Shown here: positions 20,163-30,292 of the stretch, piece after piece | Numbering within the stretch: the first letter of the stretch is position 1 | How the letters are laid out: every line of letters starts with the position of its first letter | Assembly: GCA_047947115.1 (NCBI GenBank) | Contig: CP170459.1 | Coordinates: 1,152,001-1,216,000, forward strand | DNA from: Verrucomicrobiota bacterium | GTDB lineage: Bacteria; Verrucomicrobiota; Verrucomicrobiia; Limisphaerales; AAA164-E04 | Direction: 5' to 3' | Length of the DNA stretch: 64,000 nt | Notes under the pieces: model-generated | Told to the model about the DNA's origin: nothing | Database searches by the model: none | What the model saw: only the letters and a program-made list of their open reading frames with translations | Position numbers and translations under genes: made by a program

Positions 20163-23100
20163 TTATTGCCCGCCACTCACCACACGGAAGAAGGCATTAC
20201 CCGATTCGATCGGAATCGCAACCGACGTGGCATCCGTGGTCTGATTATCCTTCCATGACGCGTCCGACAAACTGCTCTTGCTTTGCACAGCGTAGGGTGC
20301 ATTGCCGCCTTCCCAGGAGATGGTCAGCTGTGCGCCATCACTTGAAACGGACAATTGTAGATCGGAAGCGTCGCCTCTTCCACTTTGCAGCGTTTCGTCA
20401 AGCGCCCAGGCCAGGGCGGCATTGAACAGTTTCATGCCGTCCTCATTGAGTGCCAGGAATGCTCCGTCCGATAGAAACGCGCTGACCCGGCGAGCCGGCG
20501 CGGTGAAACCTCCCAGCATCTCATCTCCTTTTTCATAGGCATACAAGACCGCTTGATCAAGGTCTCCAGGGACGGTCGCAAGGATGGTGGCTTCTCCTTC
20601 CGGATACCCCCAGGCCATCGAATCGGCCGTGCTGAAAATGGTGATCGGACCGTTCTGGAATCCGCTGGTGATCGGATGGGTCGCGTTGACAATTTCCAGT
20701 TCTGTCAGGGGCTCGGTGTTGCCTCGCGAGAATCCAGCTTCGTCGGTTGTCATGCGGAAGTCGTCCTGGTTTGCTTCTTCCCATGAAAGAACCGGGACAT
20801 CAACTCCGGCATACTTTCCACCGATGTTCCCGGAGTTGACGGTCGAGGAAACAACAATGAGTTTCTTGCCAAACGCATCCAACGTCTGACTGCCGTTGTC
20901 ATCGGTGACATCGACAATGAACCCGAGTGATTCCAAATGATCGGCCACTGCGGCATCCCCCGGATTCGCTGTCAAGGTCGGATCGGCAACGAGGAACAGG
21001 ATTTCGTTCGGCTGACCGACCACAATCGGAATGGCGCTGGTGCCGACTTGGGCGCCGACATCATCTGTCAGGGTTGCTTGAACAAGGTAAACACCGGCCG
21101 GAGCATTCTCCCAGTTGAAGTTGTACGGGCTTGAAGTAACTTCAGCGATGACTTCACCGTTGGCGGTATAGGTGACTTTTTCAATCACACGAGCAGTGGT
21201 GGAAATATCAACCACAAATTCGACATTGGCTCCCTCATCATAGCGGGCTTCTGGCGCCGGATCTTGTAACGTGATGGTTGGCAAAGCCGGTGCACCGCGA
21301 CGTGTTTCAGGTGGACCCATGGGACCAAAGTCCGCCGGATTGAAATCCGGATCGGTCGTGATCACAAACTTGTCGAAAAACGCTCCGTCTTCACGTCGAG
21401 CCAGTCCGATGGTGTGGACTCCGGTATTGTCGATTTCGATGGTCATGGGACCGGGGCCATCCTGAGGGTTGCTGAGCCAGATGAAATCTGCTTGAGCGGA
21501 GAATCCACTCATACTTGCCTGGTTCCCATCCGTGCGATTGGCGGGACGTTCCCCATCCAGATAGAGCCACGCCGAATCATCCGTTCCCCCCTCCGAACTG
21601 GCGCGATACCATACAATGTGGGTGCCGGTTTGGGTGAACTCCAGATCATAGAGCAATTGCGTGGCCCCTTCAGATCCGCCGGCAACGTTTGGATTGACCA
21701 TGGACACACCACCGGAGGGTGTCCCGCGTTCGCTGTCTTCGATCCATAAGTCGTCCAGATTGTCGGTGAAACTCTCGGCTTCGAATACCAACAGACCGTC
21801 GTCACCCTGAGGCAACAGGTCGCCAAGACTATAGAATTTGGCCTGCGCGTTTTCGGTTCGGTTGGGCGTTGTTGCAGTATCTGCGATGCCATCGGCTGTC
21901 ACTGTGTATTTGGTGCCGACGGTCATATTTCCAGTGTCCAGAAGCACCATGCGATTGTTGGGCAATAGGGTGGCGGAATTTACCGCAACGTTACCGGGTG
22001 TGATGGAATAGTTGCCCGCATCTTCCGCGGTGGCTGATGTGATGGGTTCAGAGAAGAGAACCGCCACTTTGCGTGTCGGAGCAATACCGCCCACGGTCAC
22101 AATGCTCGGTGCTTCCGTTTCTGCGATGACTGTGATGGTGGCTTCAGAACTGGTCACAGCGTCACCAACGGTTGTAACCGAATACCGCACGACTTGACCG
22201 TTCCAGTCCATCGTTAACGGATCGATGGTAAGGTCTGGCAATGTCTGATCTTCAATATCTATCCAGCCACCACGAATTCTTTGTTGCCATTGATACGTGG
22301 TCAACACTCCTTCGGTGACCTCCGCTGCGGCGCTCAAGGTGATGGAGGTGTTTTCAACTCCTTCGGTATTGACCGGGTTGAGAGTGATCGTTGCCGTGGC
22401 TCCTCCTTCGGCCTTTTCACCTTCGCGGAGGGTGGCGTCGGGTCCGAATGGTCCGAAATCATCAGGATTAAAATTCGGGTCCACCGTGATGATAAACTTG
22501 TCAACAAACGCACCATCTTCACGACGCGCAACTGAAATAGTGTGCATACCGACTTCGTCGATTTCAAAGGTCATGGGAGGAGCGCCATCTTGAGGGTTGC
22601 TGTTCCATTCGTATGGATTGCCGTTGAATCCGCTCATGCTGGCCAGATTTCCATCCACTCGTGTGGAAGGACGGTCGCCATCCAGGTGGAACCACATGGA
22701 ATCATCATTGCCGCTGTCGGCGCTGGCGCGGTACCAAAGGATGTGTGTTCCAGTGCGGGTGAACACGATGTCGTATTCGAGTTTGGTGTTGGATTCATTG
22801 CCCCCGGCTCCATTGGGAATCAGCATGCCCACACCGCCGGAGGGTTCGCCCCGGTCGGCGTTGCTTTCAAAATCTTCCACCCACAGACCATCGAGATTTC
22901 GGTCATACGCTTCAGCTTCCCAGACGACGAACCCCTGAGCGTTTTGTAGGAAATGTCCCACCGCATTGAAGGTAGCCGTTGTATCCGCTGCCAACCGGTT
23001 CGGATTGGTGGCGCGATCAACCAGTCCGTTGAGCGTCAGTGTGTATTCAGTGCCGATGGTTTGTTCATCAGTGGTGACCGTGACGACATCGCCGGATCCA

Positions 23101-24149
23101 GATACGGAAATCTCGAGGACATTCAATGTGCCACCCGCATGGGTGATCTGATAGTTGGATCGATTGGTGGCGGACGCGATGGACAGGCGTTCAGAGAAAG
23201 TTAGTTTCACTTGAGGCTCGTTTGGAATACCTCTGGCGCTCACCAGGGTGGGGGCGGTGGTGTCGGGTGTGACGGTCAAGGTGACTTCTTCGGATTCGAC
23301 GAACAAGCCGGGGACGGCGATCACGGCGCTGATCCTAGCGTTGTTGTCCGAACCGGAAAGCAAATCCATCGTGTAACTGGCCCCCGTGCCGCCGGGAATG
23401 TTTATACCGTTTTTCTGCCATTGCACACATACCGGATCATCCGGTGTGGCGGTGAAGTCAACCGAGAATGTAACCGAACCGTTTTCCTCGCCCGATGCGT
23501 TTTGTGTTTGGCCTGTAATGGTGATTTCCGGGTTGTGATTGTTGTCCGCATTGGTGGAAAGAAAACTTCCGGAAATCGGCGTCAACATGCCGGCGGGTGT
23601 GGTGTCACCCACTTTACGCCATGCGGCCTGTGCGAAATCACCTCCGCTACCCTCTTTGTAAAGGAGCATGATGTAGTGAGATTCGCCGGCCTCCATTTTG
23701 ATGGGAAGCGATGTAGCCAGATCGCCCGTTTCAGGATCCATGAACGGATCGCAGCAATCCAGCTCCTCGCAGATCAAGCGCAGGTTGCTTTCCGACTCAT
23801 CCGGGCTGAGCCAGAGTTCGCCACCATCGTCACTGCGCAGAAAGAATTCATAATCACCCGATTCCTGCGGGGTGATCCAACCTTCGATGCGGGCTCCATA
23901 GTTGTCCAATGTATTTGTCGGAAACACCTCGGTGGTGTCCATCGACGTGATGTAATGCACTTGGGATGGATTGTTCGGATAGGAAGGATCGGCCTCCACA
24001 TCTGTTGCCAAAATGCCCGGAATGTCTTCATAAACCGACATTTTGAGGAAGCATGGCGTTCTGACCTCGGCAGCTTGTGCTGAGACAAGGCCTACCGTGA
24101 GCGCAAGCGAACCCAGCGCCTGCGTGAAGGTAGTTTGTTTCGATTTCAT
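20163..24149 (-). CDS. Large secreted multidomain protein (PA14, Ig-like domains, two CBM-like jelly-roll repeats)
   Basis: Signal peptide; PA14-type NYGARIEGWITPQESGDYEFFLRSDDG; Ig WQKNG; duplicated EAE...WYRAS..DDS...RREDGAFxDKF module. Confidence 0.85.
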   Translation of the reverse strand: MKSKQTTFTQALGSLALTVGLVSAQAAEVRTPCFLKMSVYEDIPGILATDVEADPSYPNNPSQVHYITSMDTTEVFPTNTLDNYGARIEGWITPQESGDYEFFLRSDDGGELWLSPDESESNLRLICEELDCCDPFMDPETGDLATSLPIKMEAGESHYIMLLYKEGSGGDFAQAAWRKVGDTTPAGMLTPISGSFLSTNADNNHNPEITITGQTQNASGEENGSVTFSVDFTATPDDPVCVQWQKNGINIPGGTGASYTMDLLSGSDNNARISAVIAVPGLFVESEEVTLTVTPDTTAPTLVSARGIPNEPQVKLTFSERLSIASATNRSNYQITHAGGTLNVLEISVSGSGDVVTVTTDEQTIGTEYTLTLNGLVDRATNPNRLAADTTATFNAVGHFLQNAQGFVVWEAEAYDRNLDGLWVEDFESNADRGEPSGGVGMLIPNGAGGNESNTKLEYDIVFTRTGTHILWYRASADSGNDDSMWFHLDGDRPSTRVDGNLASMSGFNGNPYEWNSNPQDGAPPMTFEIDEVGMHTISVARREDGAFVDKFIITVDPNFNPDDFGPFGPDATLREGEKAEGGATATITLNPVNTEGVENTSITLSAAAEVTEGVLTTYQWQQRIRGGWIDIEDQTLPDLTIDPLTMDWNGQVVRYSVTTVGDAVTSSEATITVIAETEAPSIVTVGGIAPTRKVAVLFSEPITSATAEDAGNYSITPGNVAVNSATLLPNNRMVLLDTGNMTVGTKYTVTADGIADTATTPNRTENAQAKFYSLGDLLPQGDDGLLVFEAESFTDNLDDLWIEDSERGTPSGGVSMVNPNVAGGSEGATQLLYDLEFTQTGTHIVWYRASSEGGTDDSAWLYLDGERPANRTDGNQASMSGFSAQADFIWLSNPQDGPGPMTIEIDNTGVHTIGLARREDGAFFDKFVITTDPDFNPADFGPMGPPETRRGAPALPTITLQDPAPEARYDEGANVEFVVDISTTARVIEKVTYTANGEVIAEVTSSPYNFNWENAPAGVYLVQATLTDDVGAQVGTSAIPIVVGQPNEILFLVADPTLTANPGDAAVADHLESLGFIVDVTDDNGSQTLDAFGKKLIVVSSTVNSGNIGGKYAGVDVPVLSWEEANQDDFRMTTDEAGFSRGNTEPLTELEIVNATHPITSGFQNGPITIFSTADSMAWGYPEGEATILATVPGDLDQAVLYAYEKGDEMLGGFTAPARRVSAFLSDGAFLALNEDGMKLFNAALAWALDETLQSGRGDASDLQLSVSSDGAQLTISWEGGNAPYAVQSKSSLSDASWKDNQTTDATSVAIPIESGNAFFRVVSGGQ

Positions 24150-24332
24150 ATGTTTTACTTGTTCGAAATGACAATAATGGAACGGCATCCACTCAAGCAG
24201 CGAGAGGATATGGGGTCAAGTGATTGGTGGTATTGGTTTCTTGAGCATGCGCAATCAAAAGTCAGGCTTTCCTTTCGATCTTGGGACCTTTAGCATCCGG
24301 TGCATTCCATACACATGTGTCGGTATTCCATT

Positions 24333-25703
24333 ATGAAAACAAATTCCAATTCATTGCGCCTTCTTTTTACCCTCGGACTTTTCGTCGTTTGTTCTGTTTT
24401 TGCCAAGTCTCCCAACATTGTTTTGATCTTCACGGACGATCAGGGCTATCAGGACATCGGCTGTTTCGGTTCACCGAAAATTCGCACACCGCACCTGGAC
24501 AAGATGGCGCTGGAAGGTATGCGGTTCACCAGCTTCTATTCCGCCAACTCGGTGTGTTCACCGTCCCGGGCGGCATTGTTGACCGGGTGTTATCCGACGC
24601 GTGTGAATATACCCGGTGTTTTGTTTCCACGTCATGACATCGGCCTGAATCCTGATGAGATCACTATTGCGGACGTGCTCAAGGAGCATGGTTATGCAAC
24701 CGCATGCATCGGGAAATGGCACCTGGGACATCATCAACCGTTTCTGCCGACCCGTCAGGGCTTTGATTCCTATTTTGGCATTCCTTACAGCAACGACATG
24801 ACCATAGATCCGGAAATGGAACTCGCAGACGATGTGGTCTTGCGTGAAGGCATGACACCCGAAAAAATCAAAAGCGAAAAGCCAAGGAAAAACTGGGTGC
24901 CCCTGATGCGGAATGAACAGGTTGCCGAATACCCCTGTGATCAGTCCACACTGACCCAACGTTACACTCGGGAAGCCATTCGGTTTATGGAGGCGAACAA
25001 GGATCAACCCTTCTTCCTCTACCTGCCTCACACCATGCCGCACATTCCCCTGGCAGCGTCCGAGAAATTCCTGGGCAAGAGTCCTCGGGGATTTTATGGA
25101 GACACGATTGAGGAAATTGATTGGAGTGTCGGTGAAATCCTTGCCGCATTAAAGCGACTCAAGCTCGATCAAAACACACTGGTCGTTTACACCTCCGACA
25201 ACGGCCCTTGGGATCTCAAGAATGGGCATGGAGGATCGGCTTTGCCTTTGCGTGGATTCAAATTTCAAACCTACGAAGGTGGTATGCGCGTTCCTTGCAT
25301 CATGCGTTGGCCGGGACAAATCCCCGCCGGATCGGAATGTTCGGAAATTGCCGCCAGCATCGACCTGATGCCAACCTTTGCCCGGATCGCCGGCACCTCC
25401 GCGCCCTCTGATCGCGTGATCGATGGCATGGACATCCTCCCCTTGATGCAGGGACGTCAGGACGCGCGGTCACCGCACAAATCCTACTATTACTACAAAG
25501 GCCGCAAACTCGAATCCATGCGCCAGGGATTCTGGAAACTCAGACATGCCAACGAAATTGAACTCTATCACCTCGGCCAGGACATCTCCGAAACCGAAAA
25601 TCTCGCCACCCAACACCCCGATCGCGTTCGAGCCATGCTTCGCGAAATGGAAGCTTTTGATCACTCACTGCGTGCCAATGACCGGCCCGAGGGCAAGCTG
25701 TAA
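24333..25703 (+). CDS. Arylsulfatase (S1)
   Basis: PNIVLIFTDDQG, CSPSRAALLTG, GKWHLG, SDNG, YEGGMRVP. Confidence 0.95.
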   Translation: MKTNSNSLRLLFTLGLFVVCSVFAKSPNIVLIFTDDQGYQDIGCFGSPKIRTPHLDKMALEGMRFTSFYSANSVCSPSRAALLTGCYPTRVNIPGVLFPRHDIGLNPDEITIADVLKEHGYATACIGKWHLGHHQPFLPTRQGFDSYFGIPYSNDMTIDPEMELADDVVLREGMTPEKIKSEKPRKNWVPLMRNEQVAEYPCDQSTLTQRYTREAIRFMEANKDQPFFLYLPHTMPHIPLAASEKFLGKSPRGFYGDTIEEIDWSVGEILAALKRLKLDQNTLVVYTSDNGPWDLKNGHGGSALPLRGFKFQTYEGGMRVPCIMRWPGQIPAGSECSEIAASIDLMPTFARIAGTSAPSDRVIDGMDILPLMQGRQDARSPHKSYYYYKGRKLESMRQGFWKLRHANEIELYHLGQDISETENLATQHPDRVRAMLREMEAFDHSLRANDRPEGKL

Positions 25704-26085
25704 GATAGTGTCGAGCACATTTTTTCACACAAAGTTACTAAGGCACAAAGAATGGAGTCTTTTTCGTAATGGGTGTTGGATCATGTCAGAAAAAGCTTGG
25801 TGTCTTTGTGCCTTAAATCCCGCATGCGGCGCAGTCCAAAGAATAGAAATCCAAATTTGGAGGGGCAAGTGCCACCTTGCGCCCACTTCAATCCTCAAAA
25901 CAACCAAATATCCAGACGGTGGCGATGGGAACCCCACAATCAATCGAATACCAATGACTTCCCGCGTTCCACGTCATTTGGTCAGGAATGGCCCGAGGAG
26001 AAAATTTGGGAACCGGGTGGAACCGATCCCTCCATGTTCTAAAAACTGAACTGCGCCCTCCCGCATGCGGGATGGGTGTGCAGAC

Positions 26086-26121
26086 TTGACAGGTTTGGGT
26101 TTATGTACATTATCCTGTCCA
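26086..26121 (+). promoter_or_regulatory. yefM-yoeB promoter/operator
   Basis: TTGACA at 26086. TGTACA (26104) and TGTCCA (26116) lie 12 bp apart, matching the known TGTACA-core YefM operator arrangement. Confidence 0.65.
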
Positions 26122-26122
26122 T

Positions 26123-26386
26123 ATGAAGGCAATCAGCTATACAGCAGCCCGAGAGAACCTTGCTGCCACGATGGATATGGTCTGTAACGATCGGGATGCG
26201 GTTGTCATTACCCGGAAAAGGGATCAGGCGGTGGTGATGCTTTCTCTTGAAGATTACGAATCTTTGGAGGAAACGGCTTATCTGTTGAAGGTGCCAGCCA
26301 ATGCCAAACGCCTTCAGGCTGCCATGGAATCGCTGGAAAATGGAGGTGGACAGGTTCACGAATTGGTAGGTCCGGGGAGTGAATGA
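26123..26386 (+). CDS. yefM: YefM/Phd antitoxin
   Basis: ISYTAARENLAATMD...VMLSLEDYESLEETAYLL...NAKRL. Confidence 0.95.
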   Translation: MKAISYTAARENLAATMDMVCNDRDAVVITRKRDQAVVMLSLEDYESLEETAYLLKVPANAKRLQAAMESLENGGGQVHELVGPGSE

Positions 26387-26640
26387 AGGTTCTTTTCGCA
26401 GAGCAGGCCTGGCAGGATTATCAATACTGGCTCGCCACGGATAAGCAAATGCTCAAGCGCATCAACCTCCTGATCCGGGATTCCTGTAGAAACCCGTTTG
26501 AAGGCATCGGAAAACCTGAACCGCTTCGTCATTTGTTAAAAGGATATTGGTCCCGTAGGATCAACTCGGAACACCGGATGGTCTATCGGATCGAGGGTCA
26601 TATCTTGCAGATCGCCCAGTTGCGATTTCATTACCAATGA
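26383..26640 (+). CDS. yoeB: Txe/YoeB toxin
   Basis: AWQDYQYW...PFEGIGKPEPL...WSRRINSEHRMVY...RFHY. Confidence 0.95.
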   Translation: MKVLFAEQAWQDYQYWLATDKQMLKRINLLIRDSCRNPFEGIGKPEPLRHLLKGYWSRRINSEHRMVYRIEGHILQIAQLRFHYQ

Positions 26641-26830
26641 AGCCAATTGGGAAAACATCAGGACGATTTAGAGTGTCAATCCGCTTTTTTTAGGTGATGG
26701 CTGTTCGGATGTTTTTGGGATTGCCATTGGGAGTGGAGGTTTGGGTTTGGATGCCGTGAGGGTTGCCGGTCGGGGACGACCAGCGCTACCTTCGGGCCGG
26801 GGAGGTCTTGGTTCTACGTTGTGCAATGGG

Positions 26831-28591
26831 TTAGTCGAATGTTTCTTCATATGGGTTGCCTAAAAGTACACTGCGTCTCTCCTTGAGTATCCAGTTGTTT
26901 GGATCGAGCAGAACTTGTTCCGGGTGGACAGGTATTGTCAGGCGTCCTTCATTCATGGGATACTTTCTGATTCCACCGTCTTTTTCAATTTCAAGTGGCA
27001 TGGGGAAGGGATGGCCTTCGGGGACGTCCCATAGGATGGTCCATTCATCTCCTTCACGTTTCTCAACAAGTTTTGGTAATGCCGCTTGCCTGAGGTAAAC
27101 ATCAAAGAACCATGCCAGGTCTTGTCCGCTGACATCTTCCACCAGGTCGATGAAGTCCTTTGTGTTTGAGAAATGAATGGCCGAGCCATCCGTGTTGGAT
27201 TCCAGACCTGGGTCGGGATAGTTGAAGCGGCGCAGGCAGGTTTGGAGGTGTTCCTTGCCGATCAGATAGCGCAGGGTGTGCAGGATCCAGCTTCCTTTGA
27301 AATACATGTCGACACCCAGTTGTTCGTCGATGGTGTCGATGGAGGTGGGTTGGTCCGGGACCATGGGGAATTCGCTCTTGATGCGCTTGCGGTCCGTATA
27401 CATGCCGTGATGATAGGCCATAGCGCCCTGTCGTTCCTCCGCATAAAGCATCTGCATATAGGTGCAGGTGCCTTCGTGCAACCAGAAGTGGGCCCAGTCA
27501 TCGGCAGTGACCAGATTGCCCCACCATTCGTGGCCGAGTTCGTGGTGATGCAGCCAGTCGTATCCATGGGGACCTCCCCGGAACTGGTTGCCGTATGCAA
27601 TGATGGTCTGATGTTCCATCCCCAGGTGGGGTGTTTCCACTATACCGTACTTTTCATCGCGAAACGGGTAGGGGCCCAGCCATCGTTCGTAGAAATTCAG
27701 GTGACGTTTGAATTCGGGCACCGCTTGTTCCGCCTTTTCGCGGGAGGATGGCAGTACCCAGAAAAGGAACGGCACTTCGGTTCCGTCCACGCTGGTGTAG
27801 GTGGAATCGATCACTTCATAGGGACCTATGTTAAGTGCCAGGTTGTAGTTGCTGATGGGGTGGTGCGTTTGCCAGTGATAGGTCGACCATTTGTTGGAAT
27901 GGTGTTCCGTTGAGATGAGTTTTCCATTTGCCGCGACCACCAATGGATCGGGCACGGTGATGTGCAGATCGACCGATTCCGGTTTGTCCGATGGATGGTC
28001 TTTGCATGGGAACCAAAGATCGCCGCCTTCACCTTGAACCGTTGTGGCGATCCAGGGATGTCCGTCTTCGGTTTCCGACCAGGTGAATCCACCGTCCCAG
28101 GGGGCGCGTTCGGCTTCTTGTGGTTTGCCTTGATAGGCGACTTCGACATGGATGCGTTGTGAAGGATTCAGGGTAATGGATGATCGGATGTAAAGTGCGC
28201 CTTCTGAATGTGCGAATCTGGAAGGAATTTCGGCTTGTTCCGTTGATCTGACCTTCAGTGCCTTGATTTTGAATCGTGAATCCAGATCCAGCAGCACGGA
28301 GTCGGTTTTTTCCAACATGAGAAGGCTCAGTCGGGCTGTTCCGTTGATGGATTTTCGTTTGGGATCGATGTTCAGATCCAGATCGATGTGCTGAACGTCA
28401 AACCGTGCCTGCATGGGGTCCAAGGTGCCCCCGGAATCTTCAGTAGGCCGTGGAGATATGACCGTACTTGGGCTGAAATCTTTTGGATGCCTGTTATCAG
28501 TGTGTCGACAAGCGGTTCCTGAGATCAGCCACACGACCAGTGCACACATTAAAATTACGTGGAAAGGGATGCGCTGTGTGAGAGTGTTCAT
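26831..28591 (-). CDS. M1 family metallo-aminopeptidase, probable lipoprotein
   Basis: GMEH exopeptidase motif; HELGH(x18)E zinc motif; YFKG; lipobox-like GTAC. Confidence 0.92.
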   Translation of the reverse strand: MNTLTQRIPFHVILMCALVVWLISGTACRHTDNRHPKDFSPSTVISPRPTEDSGGTLDPMQARFDVQHIDLDLNIDPKRKSINGTARLSLLMLEKTDSVLLDLDSRFKIKALKVRSTEQAEIPSRFAHSEGALYIRSSITLNPSQRIHVEVAYQGKPQEAERAPWDGGFTWSETEDGHPWIATTVQGEGGDLWFPCKDHPSDKPESVDLHITVPDPLVVAANGKLISTEHHSNKWSTYHWQTHHPISNYNLALNIGPYEVIDSTYTSVDGTEVPFLFWVLPSSREKAEQAVPEFKRHLNFYERWLGPYPFRDEKYGIVETPHLGMEHQTIIAYGNQFRGGPHGYDWLHHHELGHEWWGNLVTADDWAHFWLHEGTCTYMQMLYAEERQGAMAYHHGMYTDRKRIKSEFPMVPDQPTSIDTIDEQLGVDMYFKGSWILHTLRYLIGKEHLQTCLRRFNYPDPGLESNTDGSAIHFSNTKDFIDLVEDVSGQDLAWFFDVYLRQAALPKLVEKREGDEWTILWDVPEGHPFPMPLEIEKDGGIRKYPMNEGRLTIPVHPEQVLLDPNNWILKERRSVLLGNPYEETFD

Positions 28592-28697
28592 GGTTCTTCG
28601 AATGTCAAAAAGGTGTTTAGATAATGGAATGGAGGCATGGTTTATGGATTAGAATGCTTCTCATTCGCTTCCAGACCGTGGCAAACGGTGAATGCGG

Positions 28698-28884
28698 CTC
28701 TGGACTGCGGTAAGTCATTACCGCTTTGGATGCCATCGGTCAACGGTGTAGCTAACTGCTTCATACATGCCATCCATTTTTTAAACTGTAACCCTATGTG
28801 CCCAAGAATCTTCAAAGTGAATCGCGAGTGTTCCTTTGGTATAGAATCGTATCCAGAGCGGTAATGACTTACCGCAGTCCAGAG
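28698..28884. repeat. Inverted doublet of TGGA-type REP-like palindromes (REPIN/MITE-like)
   Basis: 28698-28731 and 28851-28884 are inverted copies matching at 33 of 34 nt. Confidence 0.85.
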
Positions 28885-28967
28885 ATGTGCATAGGGTTCA
28901 GTCAGATCTTTCGAATGTAAAGCACCTCGCCAAACCTTCATTCACCTACCTGCCAGTCTGTGCCGTC

Positions 28968-29000
28968 AAACGCCCATTTGCAATTTCGGGCGTTTTTTTT
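28968..29000 (+). terminator. Terminator-like hairpin upstream of the SPFH operon
   Basis: AAACGCCC...GGGCGTTTTTTTT. Confidence 0.55.
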
Positions 29001-29111
29001 ACTTTGATTTCCAACAAGCCCTTTTTCAAATGGAATTTTTGTTCCAAATTTGTGCTTTGACTGGGACCGGGAGTTCATTATTCTCCTCGGTCCCTATAAT
29101 CTATAGCGTCG

Positions 29112-30254
29112 ATGAGACAGTTCAGAACCATAGCATGGAATGCGTTTATGGAGTTGTTGCGTCAGCCGATTTTTCTTCTGCTGATGACAAGCTCTGCTGT
29201 GTTTGCCGTGTTCCTGGCCAGCACGCCCTACTTCGGTTTTGGTGATGATCCAAAACTGGTCAAGGACAGTGTGCTCGCGACCCTGTTGTTGGTCGGATTG
29301 TTCGGTGCCGTCATCAGTGCATCCGCCTCGGTAGCCCATGAAATCCGAACCGGAACCGCCCTGGTTGTTTTGTCCAAACCTGTGGGGCGCATCGTGTTCA
29401 TTCTGGGGAAGTATGTGGGACTCTCCGCCACCTTGGTGGTGTTGACCTATGTCAATCTGATGAGTGCATTGGTCGCCAGTAAGATTTCATTCACCGCTTA
29501 TGGTGAGGCTGATAAGACTGCTTTCTTTGTGTTCACCGGCGCCATCGCGCTGGCTTATTTGCTGGCTGGTTTTACCAATTACTTTCTGAATCGCACCTTT
29601 ACTTCAGATGCTGTGACTTTTGTAGTCATCCTGACGACCATTGCCTTTATCATTATCGCCAACATGGAACGCGCGGGTTCGATGTTTGAGGATCATATTG
29701 ATGTGGATTACCGATTGATTCCTGCAGCACTCCTCATTCTGTGTGCTTTTCTGCTGCTGGCGGGGTTGGCTTTGGTGTGTTCGACCCGACTTGAAATTGT
29801 CCCTACCTTGACCATTTGTACTCTGTTGTTTCTTGTTGGGCTCATGTCGGATTACCTTTTTGGGCGCTGGGCCGAGCCGGCATGGGTGGCTTTTCCGTCG
29901 CATCAATATGTCCAATCCGGACCCTTTACGGATGATCAGAAACAGTTATTGTCCACGGTCATCACCAAAGTCGATGCCAACGACAACAAGAAAATAGATT
30001 TGAATGAGATGGAATCTTTGGCCGCTGAAGACATCGAACAAATGAAAGCCGCTGGATTGGACAGCAAAGCCTGGGCCTCGGTGGTCTATGCCCTGGTGCC
30101 CAACTGGCAGTTATTCTGGCTGGCGGATGCATTGGAAAACGATAAGACGATTCCCTGGTCCTATGTGGGACGTTCGTTTACGTATGTCCTTTGCTATCTG
30201 GGAGCTTTGATGGCTCTGGCAGTGATGAGTTTTGAGAGTCGTGAATTGAATTAA
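29112..30254 (+). CDS. ABC-2-type transporter permease
   Basis: IAWNAFMELLRQP; EIRTGTALVVLSKPVGRIVFILGKYVG; multiple TM helices; C-terminal FESRELN. Confidence 0.85.
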   Translation: MRQFRTIAWNAFMELLRQPIFLLLMTSSAVFAVFLASTPYFGFGDDPKLVKDSVLATLLLVGLFGAVISASASVAHEIRTGTALVVLSKPVGRIVFILGKYVGLSATLVVLTYVNLMSALVASKISFTAYGEADKTAFFVFTGAIALAYLLAGFTNYFLNRTFTSDAVTFVVILTTIAFIIIANMERAGSMFEDHIDVDYRLIPAALLILCAFLLLAGLALVCSTRLEIVPTLTICTLLFLVGLMSDYLFGRWAEPAWVAFPSHQYVQSGPFTDDQKQLLSTVITKVDANDNKKIDLNEMESLAAEDIEQMKAAGLDSKAWASVVYALVPNWQLFWLADALENDKTIPWSYVGRSFTYVLCYLGALMALAVMSFESRELN

Positions 30255-30292
30255 CACTACCATCGACCTGGATCGATGGAACGAAGCGAAGT

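Noticed and set aside
28698..28884. Possible CRISPR repeats (34-nt palindromic units)
   Set aside because: Only two copies, in inverted orientation, with a ~120-bp spacer and no cas genes.
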